Assembly (NCBI GenBank): GCA_964057225.1
Contig: OZ059900.1
Location: 19,468,001-19,532,000, forward strand
Length of the DNA stretch: 64,000 bases
Source: Auanema rhodensis
Lineage: Eukaryota; Animalia; Nematoda
Reading direction: 5' to 3'
Part shown: positions 13,201 through 28,200 of the stretch, piece by piece
How the letters are laid out: every line of letters starts with the position of its first letter
Numbering within the stretch: the first letter of the stretch is position 1
Program-made: the position numbers and the translations under genes
The notes under the pieces: model-generated
Told to the model about the DNA's origin: nothing
Databases searched by the model: none
Seen by the model: only the letters and a program-made list of their open reading frames with translations

Positions 13201-16200
13201 TATTAGCCATAAGGGGCGTGCCCTCAGAATATGCTAATTTCCTTAATTTTCTAACCCCGGTTTTTTTGTCGTGAAAGTGGAATTAGACGTTGTAGGAACA
13301 ATTTTGAGCTAGGTTTCATTGACATTGCATGAGTTTGAACACATGAAATCGTAAGTCAAAACCTTGTTTACAGCGAAATTTCCAAAAACTGGTTTTCCAG
13401 CATAATAAAATATTTCTCATGGGAAATACTGTGTTTTTGTATTTTTCTAGTGTTCAGCATGTAAAATGCTTCATTTTAGTATGTAACACGCTGAAATTCG
13501 TTGCATTTGACTACTCATATGAACAAAAATCGATTTAATCAATATTAGCCATAAGGGGCGTGCCCTCAGAATATGCTAATTTCCTTAATTTTCTAACCCC
13601 TGTTTTTTTGTCGTGAAAGTGGAACTAGACGTTGTACAAACAATTTTGAGCTAGGTTTCATTGACATTGCATGAGTTTGAACACATGAAATCGTAAGTCA
13701 AAACCTTGTTTACAGCGAAATTTCCAAAAACTGGTTTTCCAGCATAATAAAATATTTCTCATGAGAAATACTGTGTTTTTGTATTTTTCTAGTGTTCAGC
13801 TTGTAAAATTCTTCATTTTAGTATGTAACACGATGAAATTCGTTGCATTTGACGACTCATATGAACAAAAATCGATTTAATCAATATTAGCCATAAGGGG
13901 CGTGCCCTCAGAATATGCTAATTTCATTAATTTTCTAACCCCTGTTTTTTTGTCGTGAAAGTGGAACTAGACGTTGTAGGAACAATTTTGAGCTAGGTTT
14001 CATTGACATTGCATGAGTTTGAACACATGAAATCGTAAGTCAAAACCTTGTTTACAGCGAAATTTCCAAAAACTGGTTTTCCAGCATAATAAAATATTTC
14101 TCATGGGAAATACTGTGTTTTTGTATTTTTCTAGTGTTCAGCATGTAAAATGCTTCATTTTAGTATGTAACACGCTGAAATTCGTTGCATTTGACGACTC
14201 ATATGAACAAAAATCGATTTAATCAATATTAGCCATAAGGGGCGTGCCCTCAGAATATGCTAATTTCCTTAATTTTCTAACCCCTGTTTTTTTGTCGTGA
14301 AAGTGGAACTAGACGTTGTAGGAACAATTTTGAGCTAGGTTTCATTGACATTGCATGAGTTTGAACACATGAAATCGTAAGTCAAAACCTTGTTTACAGC
14401 GAAATTTCCAAAAACTGGTTTTCCAGCATAATAAAATATTTCTCATGAGAAATACTGTGTTTTTGTATTTTTCTAGTGTTCAGCATGTAAAATGCTTCAT
14501 TTTAGTATGTAACACGATGAAATTCGTTGCATTTGACGACTCATATGAACAAAAATCGATTTAATCAATATTAGCCATAAGGGGCGTGCCCTCAGAATAT
14601 GCTAATTTCATTAATTTTCTAACCCCTGTTTTTTTGTCGTGAAAGTGGAACTAGACGTTGTAGGAACAATTTTGAGCTAGGTTTCATTGACATTGCATGA
14701 GTTTGAACACATGAAATCGTAAGTCAAAACCTTGTTTACAGCGAAATTTCCAAAAACTGGTTTTCCAGCATAATAAAATATTTCTCATGGGAAATACTGT
14801 GTTTTTGTATTTTTCTAGTGTTCAGCATGTAAAATGCTTCATTTTAGTATGTAACACGCTGAAATTCGTTGCATTTGACGACTCATATGAACAAAAATCG
14901 ATTTAATCAATATTAGCCATAAGGGGCGTGCCCTCAGAATATGCTAATTTCCTTAATTTTCTAACCCCTGTTTTTTTGTCGTGAAAGTGGAACTAGACGT
15001 TGTAGGAACAATTTTGAGCTAGGTTTCATTGACATTGCATGAGTTTGAACACATGAAATCGTAAGTCAAAACCTTGTTTACAGCGAAATTTCCAAAAACT
15101 GGTTTTCCAGCATAATAAAATATTTCTCATGGGAAATACTGTGTTTTTGTATTTTTCTAGTGTTCAGCATGTGAAATGCTTCATTTTAGTATGTAACACG
15201 CTGAAATTCGTTGCATTTGACGACTCATATGAACAAAAATCGATTTAATCAATATTAGCCATAAGGGGCGTGCCCTCAGAATATGCTAATTTCCTTAATT
15301 TTCTAACCCCGGTTTTTTTGTCGTGAAAGTGGAATTAGACGTTGTAGGAACAATTTTGAGCTAGGTTTCATTGACATTGCATGAGTTTGAACACATGAAA
15401 TCGTAAGTCAAAACCTTGTTTACAGCGAAATTTCCAAAAACTGGTTTTCCAGCATAATAAAATATTTCTCATGGGAAATACTGTGTTTTTGTATTTTTCT
15501 AGTGTTCAGCATGTAAAATGCTTCATTTTAGTATGTAACACGCTGAAATTCGTTGCATTTGACTACTCATATGAACAAAAATCGATTTAATCAATATTAG
15601 CCATAAGGGGCGTGCCCTCAGAATATGCTAATTTCCTTAATTTTCTAACCCCTGTTTTTTTGTCGTGAAAGTGGAACTAGACGTTGTACAAACAATTTTG
15701 AGCTAGGTTTCATTGACATTGCATGAGTTTGAACACATGAAATCGTAAGTCAAAACCTTGTTTACAGCGAAATTTCCAAAAACTGGTTTTCCAGCATAAT
15801 AAAATATTTCTCATGAGAAATACTGTGTTTTTGTATTTTTCTAGTGTTCAGCATGTAAAATGCTTCATTTTAGTATGTAACACGCTGAAATTCGTTGCAT
15901 TTGACTACTCATATGAACAAAAATCGATTTAATCAATATTAGCCATAAGGGGCGTGCCCTCAGAATATGCTAATTTCCTTAATTTTCTAACCCCTGTTTT
16001 TTTGTCGTGAAAGTGGAACTAGACGTTGTACAAACAATTTTGAGCTAGGTTTCATTGACATTGCATGAGTTTGAACACATGAAATCGTAAGTCAAAACCT
16101 TGTTTACAGCGAAATTTCCAAAAACTGGTTTTCCAGCATAATAAAATATTTCTCATGAGAAATACTGTGTTTTTGTATTTTTCTAGTGTTCAGCATGTAA

Positions 16201-19200
16201 AATGCTTCATTTTAGTATGTAACACGATGAAATTCGTTGCATTTGACGACTCATATGAACAAAAATCGATTTAATCAATATTAGCCATAAGGGGCGTGCC
16301 CTCAGAATATGCTAATTTCCTTAATTTTCTAACCCCTGTTTTTTTGTCGTGAAAGTGGAACTAGACGTTGTAGGAACAATTTTGAGCTAGGTTTCATTGA
16401 CATTGCATGAGTTTGAACACATGAAATCGTAAGTCAAAACCTTGTTTACAGCGAAATTTCCAAAAACTGGTTTTCCAGCATAATAAAATATTTCTCATGG
16501 GAAATACTGTGTTTTTGTATTTTTCTAGTGTTCAGCATGTGAAATGCTTCATTTTAGTATGTAACACGCTGAAATTCGTTGCATTTGACGACTCATATGA
16601 ACAAAAATCGATTTAATCAATATTAGCCATAAGGGGCGTGCCCTCAGAATATGCTAATTTCCTTAATTTTCTAACCCCTGTTTTTTTGTCGTGAAAGTGG
16701 AAACAGACGTTGTAGGAACAATTTTGAGCTAGGTTTCATTGACATTGCATGAGTTTGAACACATGAAATCGTAAGTCAAAACCTTGTTTACAGCGAAATT
16801 TCCAAAAACTGGTTTTCCAGCATAATAAAATATTTCTCATGAGAAATACTGTGTTTTTGTATTTTTCTAGTGTTCAGCATGTAAAATGCTTCATTTTAGT
16901 ATGTAACACGATGAAATTCGTTGCATTTGACGACTCATATGAACAAAAATCGATTTAATCAATATTAGCCATAAGGGGCGTGCCCTCAGAATATGCTAAT
17001 TTCATTAATTTTCTAACCCCTGTTTTTTTGTCGTGAAAGTGGAACTAGACGTTGTAGGAACAATTTTGAGCTAGGTTTCATTGACATTGCATGAGTTTGA
17101 ACACATGAAATCGTAAGTCAAAACCTTGTTTACAGCGAAATTTCCAAAAACTGGTTTTCCAGCATAATAAAATATTTCTCATGGGAAATACTGTGTTTTT
17201 GTATTTTTCTAGTGTTCAGCATGTAAAATGCTTCATTTTAGTATGTAACACGCTGAAATTCGTTGCATTTGACGACTCATATGAACAAAAATCGATTTAA
17301 TCAATATTAGCCATAAGGGGCGTGCCCTCAGAATATGCTAATTTCCTTAATTTTCTAACCCCTGTTTTTTTGTCGTGAAAGTGGAATTAGACGTTGTAGG
17401 AACAATTTTGAGCTAGGTTTCATTGACATTGCATGAGTTTGAACGCATGAAATCGTAAGTCAAAACCTTGTTTACAGCGAAATTTCCAAAAACTGGTTTT
17501 CCAGCATAATAAAATATTTCTCATGGGAAATACTGTGTTTTTGTATTTTTATAGTGTTCAGCATGTAAAATGCTTCATTTTAGTATGTAACACGCTGAAA
17601 TTCGTTGCATTTGACGACTCATATGAACAAAAATCGATTTAATCAATATTAGCCATAAGGGGCGTGCCCTCAGAATATGCTAATTTCCTTAATTTTCTAA
17701 CCCCTGTTTTTTTGTCGTGAAAGTGGAACTAGACGTTGTAGGAACAATTTTGAGCTAGGTTTCATTGACATTGCATGAGTTTGAACACATGAAATCGTAA
17801 GTCAAAACCTTGTTTACAGCGAAATTTCCAAAAACTGGTTTTCCAGCATAATAAAATATTTCTCATGGGAAATACTGTGTTTTTGTATTTTTCTAGTGTT
17901 CAGCATGTAAAATGCTTCATTTTAGTATGTAACACGCTGAAATTCGTTGCATTTGACGACTCATATGAACAAAAATCGATTTAATCAATATTAGCCATAA
18001 GGGGCGTGCCCTCAGAATATGCTAATTTCCTTAATTTTCTAACCCCTGTTTTTTTGTCGTGAAAGTGGAACTAGACGTTGTAGGAACAATTTTGAGCTAG
18101 GTTTCATTGACATTGCATGAGTTTGAACACATGAAATCGTAAGTCAAAACCTTGTTTACAGCGAAATTTCCAAAAACTGGTTTTCCAGCATAATAAAATA
18201 TTTCTCATGGGAAATACTGTGTTTTTGTATTTTTCTAGTGTTCAGCATGTGAAATGCTTCATTTTAGTATGTAACACGCTGAAATTCGTTGCATTTGACG
18301 ACTCATATGAACAAAAATCGATTTAATCAATATTAGCCATAAGGGGCGTGCCCTCAGAATATGCTAATTTCCTTAATTTTCTAACCCCGGTTTTTTTGTC
18401 GTGAAAGTGGAATTAGACGTTGTAGGAACAATTTTGAGCTAGGTTTCATTGACATTGCATGAGTTTGAACACATGAAATCGTAAGTCAAAACCTTGTTTA
18501 CAGCGAAATTTCCAAAAACTGGTTTTCCAGCATAATAAAATATTTCTCATGGGAAATACTGTGTTTTTGTATTTTTCTAGTGTTCAGCATGTAAAATGCT
18601 TCATTTTAGTATGTAACACGCTGAAATTCGTTGCATTTGACTACTCATATGAACAAAAATCGATTTAATCAATATTAGCCATAAGGGGCGTGCCCTCAGA
18701 ATATGCTAATTTCCTTAATTTTCTAACCCCTGTTTTTTTGTCGTGAAAGTGGAACTAGACGTTGTACAAACAATTTTGAGCTAGGTTTCATTGACATTGC
18801 ATGAGTTTGAACACATGAAATCGTAAGTCAAAACCTTGTTTACAGCGAAATTTCCAAAAACTGGTTTTCCAGCATAATAAAATATTTCTCATGAGAAATA
18901 CTGTGTTTTTGTATTTTTCTAGTGTTCAGCATGTAAAATGCTTCATTTTAGTATGTAACACGCTGAAATTCGTTGCATTTGACTACTCATATGAACAAAA
19001 ATCGATTTAATCAATATTAGCCATAAGGGGCGTGCCCTCAGAATATGCTAATTTCCTTAATTTTCTAACCCCTGTTTTTTTGTCGTGAAAGTGGAACTAG
19101 ACGTTGTACAAACAATTTTGAGCTAGGTTTCATTGACATTGCATGAGTTTGAACACATGAAATCGTAAGTCAAAACCTTGTTTACAGCGAAATTTCCAAA

Positions 19201-22200
19201 AACTGGTTTTCCAGCATAATAAAATATTTCTCATGAGAAATACTGTGTTTTTGTATTTTTCTAGTGTTGAGCATGTAAAATGCTTCATTTTAGTATGTAA
19301 CACGATGAAATTCGTTGCATTTGACGACTCATATGAACAAAAATCGATTTAATCAATATTAGCCATAAGGGGCGTGCCCTCAGAATATGCTAATTTCCTT
19401 AATTTTCTAACCCCTGTTTTTTTGTCGTGAAAGTGGAACTAGACGTTGTAGGAACAATTTTGAGCTAGGTTTCATTGACATTGCATGAGTTTGAACACAT
19501 GAAATCGTAAGTCAAAACCTTGTTTACAGCGAAATTTCCAAAAACTGGTTTTCCAGCATAATAAAATATTTCTCATGGGAAATACTGTGTTTTTGTATTT
19601 TTCTAGTGTTCAGCATGTGAAATGCTTCATTTTAGTATGTAACACGCTGAAATTCGTTGCATTTGACGACTCATATGAACAAAAATCGATTTAATCAATA
19701 TTAGCCATAAGGGGCGTGCCCTCAGAATATGCTAATTTCCTTAATTTTCTAACCCCTGTTTTTTTGTCGTGAAAGTGGAAACAGACGTTGTAGGAACAAT
19801 TTTGAGCTAGGTTTCATTGACATTGCATGAGTTTGAACACATGAAATCGTAAGTCAAAACCTTGTTTACAGCGAAATTTCCAAAAACTGGTTTTCCAGCA
19901 TAATAAAATATTTCTCATGAGAAATACTGTGTTTTTGTATTTTTCTAGTGTTCAGCATGTAAAATGCTTCATTTTAGTATGTAACACGATGAAATTCGTT
20001 GCATTTGACGACTCATATGAACAAAAATCGATTTAATCAATATTAGCCATAAGGGGCGTGCCCTCAGAATATGCTAATTTCATTAATTTTCTAACCCCTG
20101 TTTTTTTGTCGTGAAAGTGGAACTAGACGTTGTAGGAACAATTTTGAGCTAGGTTTCATTGACATTGCATGAGTTTGAACACATGAAATCGTAAGTCAAA
20201 ACCTTGTTTACAGCGAAATTTCCAAAAACTGGTTTTCCAGCATAATAAAATATTTCTCATGGGAAATACTGTGTTTTTGTATTTTTCTAGTGTTCAGCAT
20301 GTAAAATGCTTCATTTTAGTATGTAACACGCTGAAATTCGTTGCATTTGACGACTCATATGAACAAAAATCGATTTAATCAATATTAGCCATAAGGGGCG
20401 TGCCCTCAGAATATGCTAATTTCCTTAATTTTCTAACCCCGGTTTTTTTGTCGTGAAAGTGGAATTAGACGTTGTAGGAACAATTTTGAGCTAGGTTTCA
20501 TTGACATTGCATGAGTTTGAACACATGAAATCGTAAGTCAAAACCTTGTTTACAGCGAAATTTCCAAAAACTGGTTTTCCAGCATAATAAAATATTTCTC
20601 ATGGGAAATACTGTGTTTTTGTATTTTTCTAGTGTTCAGCATGTGAAATGCTTCATTTTAGTATGTAACACGCTGAAATTCGTTGCATTTGACGACTCAT
20701 ATGAACAAAAATCGATTTAATCAATATTAGCCATAAGGGGCGTGCCCTCAGAATATGCTAATTTCCTTAATTTTCTAACCCCTGTTTTTTTGTCGTGAAA
20801 GTGGAACTAGACGTTGTACAAACAATTTTGAGCTAGGTTTCATTGACATTGCATGAGTTTGAACACATGAAATCGTAAGTCAAAACCTTGTTTACAGCGA
20901 AATTTCCAAAAACTGGTTTTCCAGCATAATAAAATATTTCTCATGAGAAATACTGTGTTTTTGTATTTTTCTAGTGTTCAGCATGTAAAATGCTTCATTT
21001 TAGTATGTAACACGCTGAAATTCGTTGCATTTGACTACTCATATGAACAAAAATTGATTTAATCAATATTAGCCATAAGGGGCGTGCCCTCAGAATATGC
21101 TAATTTCCTTAATTTTCTAACCCCTGTTTTTTTGTCGTGAAAGTGGAACTAGACGTTGTACAAACAATTTTGAGCTAGGTTTCATTGACATTGCATGAGT
21201 TTGAACACATGAAATCGTAAGTCAAAACCTTGTTTACAGCGAAATTTCCAAAAACTGGTTTTCCAGCATAATAAAATATTTCTCATGAGAAATACTGTGT
21301 TTTTGTATTTTTCTAGTGTTCAGCATGTAAAATGCTTCATTTTAGTATGTAACACGATGAAATTCGTTGCATTTGACGACTCATATGAACAAAAATCGAT
21401 TTAATCAATATTAGCCATAAGGGGCGTGCCCTCAGAATATGCTAATTTCCTTAATTTTCTAACCCCTGTTTTTTTGTCGTGAAAGTGGAACTAGACGTTG
21501 TAGGAACAATTTTGAGCTAGGTTTCATTGACATTGCATGAGTTTGAACACATGAAATCGTAAGTCAAAACCTTGTTTACAGCGAAATTTCCAAAAACTGG
21601 TTTTCCAGCATAATAAAATATTTCTCATGGGAAATACTGTGTTTTTGTATTTTTCTAGTGTTCAGCATGTGAAATGCTTCATTTTAGTATGTAACACGCT
21701 GAAATTCGTTGCATTTGACGACTCATATGAACAAAAATCGATTTAATCAATATTAGCCATAAGGGGCGTGCCCTCAGAATATGCTAATTTCCTTAATTTT
21801 CTAACCCCTGTTTTTTTGTCGTGAAAGTGGAAACAGACGTTGTAGGAACAATTTTGAGCTAGGTTTCATTGACATTGCATGAGTTTGAACACATGAAATC
21901 GTAAGTCAAAACCTTGTTTACAGCGAAATTTCCAAAAACTGGTTTTCCAGCATAATAAAATATTTCTCATGAGAAATACTGTGTTTTTGTATTTTTCTAG
22001 TGTTCAGCATGTAAAATGCTTCATTTTAGTATGTAACACGATGAAATTCGTTGCATTTGACGACTCATATGAACAAAAATCGATTTAATCAATATTAGCC
22101 ATAAGGGGCGTGCCCTCAGAATATGCTAATTTCATTAATTTTCTAACCCCTGTTTTTTTGTCGTGAAAGTGGAACTAGACGTTGTAGGAACAATTTTGAG

Positions 22201-25200
22201 CTAGGTTTCATTGACATTGCATGAGTTTGAACACATGAAATCGTAAGTCAAAACCTTGTTTACAGCGAAATTTCCAAAAACTGGTTTTCCAGCATAATAA
22301 AATATTTCTCATGGGAAATACTGTGTTTTTGTATTTTTCTAGTGTTCAGCATGTAAAATGCTTCATTTTAGTATGTAACACGCTGAAATTCGTTGCATTT
22401 GACGACTCATATGAACAAAAATCGATTTAATCAATATTAGCCATAAGGGGCGTGCCCTCAGAATATGCTAATTTCCTTAATTTTCTAACCCCTGTTTTTT
22501 TGTCGTGAAAGTGGAACTAGACGTTGTAGGAACAATTTTGAGCTAGGTTTCATTGACATTGCATGAGTTTGAACACATGAAATCGTAAGTCAAAACCTTG
22601 TTTACAGCGAAATTTCCAAAAACTGGTTTTCCAGCATAATAAAATATTTCTCATGGGAAATACTGTGTTTTTGTATTTTTCTAGTGTTCAGCATGTGAAA
22701 TGCTTCATTTTAGTATGTAACACGCTGAAATTCGTTGCATTTGACGACTCATATGAACAAAAATCGATTTAATCAATATTAGCCATAAGGGGCGTGCCCT
22801 CAGAATATGCTAATTTCCTTAATTTTCTAACCCCTGTTTTTTTGTCGTGAAAGTGGAACTAGACGTTGTACAAACAATTTTGAGCTAGGTTTCATTGACA
22901 TTGCATGAGTTTGAACACATGAAATCGTAAGTCAAAACCTTGTTTACAGCGAAATTTCCAAAAACTGGTTTTCCAGCATAATAAAATATTTCTCATGGGA
23001 AATACTGTGTTTTTGTATTTTTCTAGTGTTCAGCATGTAAAATGCTTCATTTTAGTATGTAACACGCTGAAATTCGTTGCATTTGACTACTCATATGAAC
23101 AAAAAGCGATTTAATCAATATTAGCCATAAGGGGCGTGCCCTCAGAATATGCTAATTTCCTTAATTTTCTAACCCCTGTTTTTTTGTCGTGAAAGTGGAA
23201 CTAGACGTTGTAGGAACAATTTTGAGCTAGGTTTCATTGACATTGCATGAGTTTGAACACATGAAATCGTAAGTCAAAACCTTGTTTACAGCGAAATTTC
23301 CAAAAACTGGTTTTCCAGCATAATAAAATATTTCTCATGGGAAATACTGTGTTTTTGTATTTTTCTAGTGTTCAGCATGTGAAATGCTTCATTTTAGTAT
23401 GTAACACGCTGAAATTCGTTGCATTTGACGACTCATATGAACAAAAATCGATTTAATCAATATTAGCCATAAGGGGCGTGCCCTCAGAATATGCTAATTT
23501 CCTTAATTTTCTAACCCCGGTTTTTTTGTCGTGAAAGTGGAATTAGACGTTGTAGGAACAATTTTGAGCTAGGTTTCATTGACATTGCATGAGTTTGAAC
23601 ACATGAAATCGTAAGTCAAAACCTTGTTTACAGCGAAATTTCCAAAAACTGGTTTTCCAGCATAATAAAATATTTCTCATGGGAAATACTGTGTTTTTGT
23701 ATTTTTCTAGTGTTCAGCATGTAAAATGCTTCATTTTAGTATGTAACACGCTGAAATTCGTTGCATTTGACGACTCATATGAACAAAAATCGATTTAATC
23801 AATATTAGCCATAAGGGGCGTGCCCTCAGAATATGCTAATTTCCTTAATTTTCTAACCCCTGTTTTTTTGTCGTGAAAGTGGAACTAGACGTTGTAGGAA
23901 CAATTTTGAGCTAGGTTTCATTGACATTGCATGAGTTTGAACACATGAAATCGTAAGTCAAAACCTTGTTTACAGCGAAATTTCCAAAAACTGGTTTTCC
24001 AGCATAATAAAATATTTCTCATGGGAAATACTGTGTTTTTGTATTTTTCTAGTGTTCAGCATGTAAAATGCTTCATTTTAGTATGTAACACGCTGAAATT
24101 CGTTGCATTTGACGACTCATATGAACAAAAATCGATTTAATCAATATTAGCCATAAGGGGCGTGCCCTCAGAATATGCTAATTTCCTTAATTTTCTAACC
24201 CCTGTTTTTTTGTCGTGAAAGTGGAATTAGACGTTGTAGGAACAATTTTGAGCTAGGTTTCATTGACATTGCATGAGTTTGAACGCATGAAATCGTAAGT
24301 CAAAACCTTGTTTACAGCGAAATTTCCAAAAACTGGTTTTCCAGCATAATAAAATATTTCTCATGGGAAATACTGTGTTTTTGTATTTTTATAGTGTTCA
24401 GCATGTAAAATGCTTCATTTTAGTATGTAACACGCTGAAATTCGTTGCATTTGACGACTCATATGAACAAAAATCGATTTAATCAATATTAGCCATAAGG
24501 GGCGTGCCCTCAGAATATGCTAATTTCCTTAATTTTCTAACCCCGGTTTTTTTGTCGTGAAAGTGGAATTAGACGTTGTAGGAACAATTTTGATCTAGGT
24601 TTCATTGACATTGCATGAGTTTGAACACATGAAATCGTAAGTCAAAACCTTGTTTACAGCGAAATTTCCAAAAACTGGTTTTCCAGCATAATAAAATATT
24701 TCTCATGGGAAATACTGTGTTTTTGTATTTTTCTAGTGTTCAGCATGTAAAATGTTTCATTTTAGTATGTAACACGCTGAAATTCGTTGCATTTGACTAC
24801 TCATATGAACAAAAATCGATTTAATCAATATTAGCCATAAGGGGCGTGCCCTCAGAATATGCTAATTTCCTTAATTTTCTAACCCCTGTTTTTTTGTCGT
24901 GAAAGTGGAACTAGACGTTGTAGGAACAATTTTGAGCTAGGTTTCATTGACATTGCATGAGTTTGAACACATGAAATCGTAAGTCAAAACCTTGTTTACA
25001 GCGAAATTTCCAAAAACTGGTTTTCCAGCATAATAAAATATTTCTCATGAGAAATACTGTGTTTTTGTATTTTTCTAGTGTTCAGCATGTAAAATGCTTC
25101 ATTTTAGTATGTAACACGATGAAATTCGTTGCATTTGACGACTCATATGAACAAAAATCGATTTAATCAATATTAGCCATAAGGGGCGTGCCCTCAGAAT

Positions 25201-28200
25201 ATGCTAATTTCATTAATTTTCTAACCCCTGTTTTTTTGTCGTGAAAGTGGAACTAGACGTTGTAGGAACAATTTTGAGCTAGGTTTCATTGACATTGCAT
25301 GAGTTTGAACACATGAAATCGTAAGTCAAAACCTTGTTTACAGCGAAATTTCCAAAAACTGGTTTTCCAGCATAATAAAATATTTCTCATGGGAAATACT
25401 GTGTTTTTGTATTTTTCTAGTGTTCAGCATGTAAAATGCTTCATTTTAGTATGTAACACGCTGAAATTCGTTGCATTTGACGACTCATATGAACAAAAAT
25501 CGATTTAATCAATATTAGCCATAAGGGGCGTGCCCTCAGAATATGCTAATTTCCTTAATTTTCTAACCCCTGTTTTTTTGTCGTGAAAGTGGAACTAGAC
25601 GTTGTAGGAACAATTTTGAGCTAGGTTTCATTGACATTGCATGAGTTTGAACACATGAAATCGTAAGTCAAAACCTTGTTTACAGCGAAATTTCCAAAAA
25701 CTGGTTTTCCAGCATAATAAAATATTTCTCATGGAAATACTGTGTTTTTGTATTTTTCTAGTGTTCAGCATGTGAAATGCTTCATTTTAGTATGTAACAC
25801 GCTGAAATTCGTTGCATTTGACGACTCATATGAACAAAAATCGATTTAATCAATATTAGCCATAAGGGGCGTGCCCTCAGAATATGCTAATTTCCTTAAT
25901 TTTCTAACCCCGGTTTTTTTGTCGTGAAAGTGGAATTAGACGTTGTAGGAACAATTTTGAGCTAGGTTTCATTGACATTGCATGAGTTTGAACACATGAA
26001 ATCGTAAGTCAAAACCTTGTTTACAGCGAAATTTCCAAAAACTGGTTTTCCAGCATAATAAAATATTTCTCATGGGAAATACTGTGTTTTTGTATTTTTC
26101 TAGTGTTCAGCATGTAAAATGCTTCATTTTAGTATGTAACACGCTGAAATTCGTTGCATTTGACTACTCATATGAACAAAAATCGATTTAATCAATATTA
26201 GCCATAAGGGGCGTGCCCTCAGAATATGCTAATTTCCTTAATTTTCTAACCCCTGTTTTTTTGTCGTGAAAGTGGAACTAGACGTTGTACAAACAATTTT
26301 GAGCTAGGTTTCATTGACATTGCATGAGTTTGAACACATGAAATCGTAAGTCAAAACCTTGTTTACAGCGAAATTTCCAAAAACTGGTTTTCCAGCATAA
26401 TAAAATATTTCTCATGAGAAATACTGTGTTTTTGTATTTTTCTAGTGTTCAGCATGTAAAATGCTTTATTTTAGTATGTAACACGCTGAAATTCGTTGCA
26501 TTTGACGACTCATATGAACAAAAATCGATTTAATCAATATTAGCCATAAGGGGCGTGCCCTCAGAATATGCTAATTTCCTTAATTTTCTAACCCCTGTTT
26601 TTTTGTCGTGAAAGTGGAACTAGACGTTGTAGGAACAATTTTGAGCTAGGTTTCATTGACATTGCATGAGTTTGAACACATGAAATCGTAAGTCAAAACC
26701 TTGTTTACAGCGAAATTTCCAAAAACTGGTTTTCCAGCATAATAAAATATTTCTCATGGGAAATACTGTGTTTTTGTATTTTTCTAGTGTTCAGCATGTG
26801 AAATGCTTCATTTTAGTATGTAACACGCTGAAATTCGTTGCATTTGACGACTCATATGAACAAAAATCGATTTAACCAATATTAGCCAGAAGGGGCGTGC
26901 CCTCAGAATATGCTAATTTCCTTAATTTTCTAACCCCGGTTTTTTTGTCGTGAAAGTGGAATTAGACGTTGTAGGAACAATTTTGAGCTAGGTTTCATTG
27001 ACATTGCATGAGTTTGAACACATGAAATCGTAAGTCAAAACCTTGTTTACAGCGAAATTTCCAAAAACTGGTTTTCCAGCATAATAAAATATTTCTCATG
27101 GGAAATACTGTGTTTTTGTATTTTTCTAGTGTTCAGCATGTAGAATGCTTCATTTTAGTATGTAACACGCTGAAATTCGTTGCATTTGACGACTCATATG
27201 AACAAAAATCGATTTAATCAATATTAGCCATAAGGGGCGTGCCCTCAGAATATGCTAATTTCCTTAATTTTCTAACCCCTGTTTTTTTGTCGTGAAAGTG
27301 GAACTAGACGTTGTAGGAACAATTTTGAGCTAGGTTTCATTGACATTGCATGAGTTTGAACACATGAAATCGTAAGTCAAAACCTTGTTTACAGCGAAAT
27401 TTCCAAAAACTGGTTTTCCAGCATAATAAAATATTTCTCATGGGAAATACTGTGTTTTTGTATTTTTCTAGTGTTCAGCATGTAAAATGCTTCATTTTAG
27501 TATGTAACACGCTGAAATTCGTTGCATTTGACGACTCATATGAACAAAAATCGATTTAATCAATATTAGCCATAAGGGGCGTGCCCTCAGAATATGCTAA
27601 TTTCCTTAATTTTCTAACCCCTGTTTTTTTGTCGTGAAAGTGGAATTAGACGTTGTAGGAACAATTTTGAGCTAGGTTTCATTGACATTGCATGAGTTTG
27701 AACGCATGAAATCGTAAGTCAAAACCTTGTTTACAGCGAAATTTCCAAAAACTGGTTTTCCAGCATAATAAAATATTTCTCATGGGAAATACTGTGTTTT
27801 TGTATTTTTATAGTGTTCAGCATGTAAAATGCTTCATTTTAGTATGTAACACGCTGAAATTCGTTGCATTTGACGACTCATATGAACAAAAATCGATTTA
27901 ATCAATATTAGCCATAAGGGGCGTGCCCTCAGAATATGCTAATTTCCTTAATTTTCTAACCCCTGTTTTTTTGTCGTGAAAGTGGAACTAGACGTTGTAG
28001 GAACAATTTTGAGCTAGGTTTCATTGACATTGCATGAGTTTGAACACATGAAATCGTAAGTCAAAACCTTGTTTACAGCGAAATTTCCAAAAACTGGTTT
28101 TCCAGCATAATAAAATATTTCTCATGGGAAATACTGTGTTTTTGTATTTTTCTAGTGTTCAGCATGTAAAATGCTTCATTTTAGTATGTAACACGCTGAA

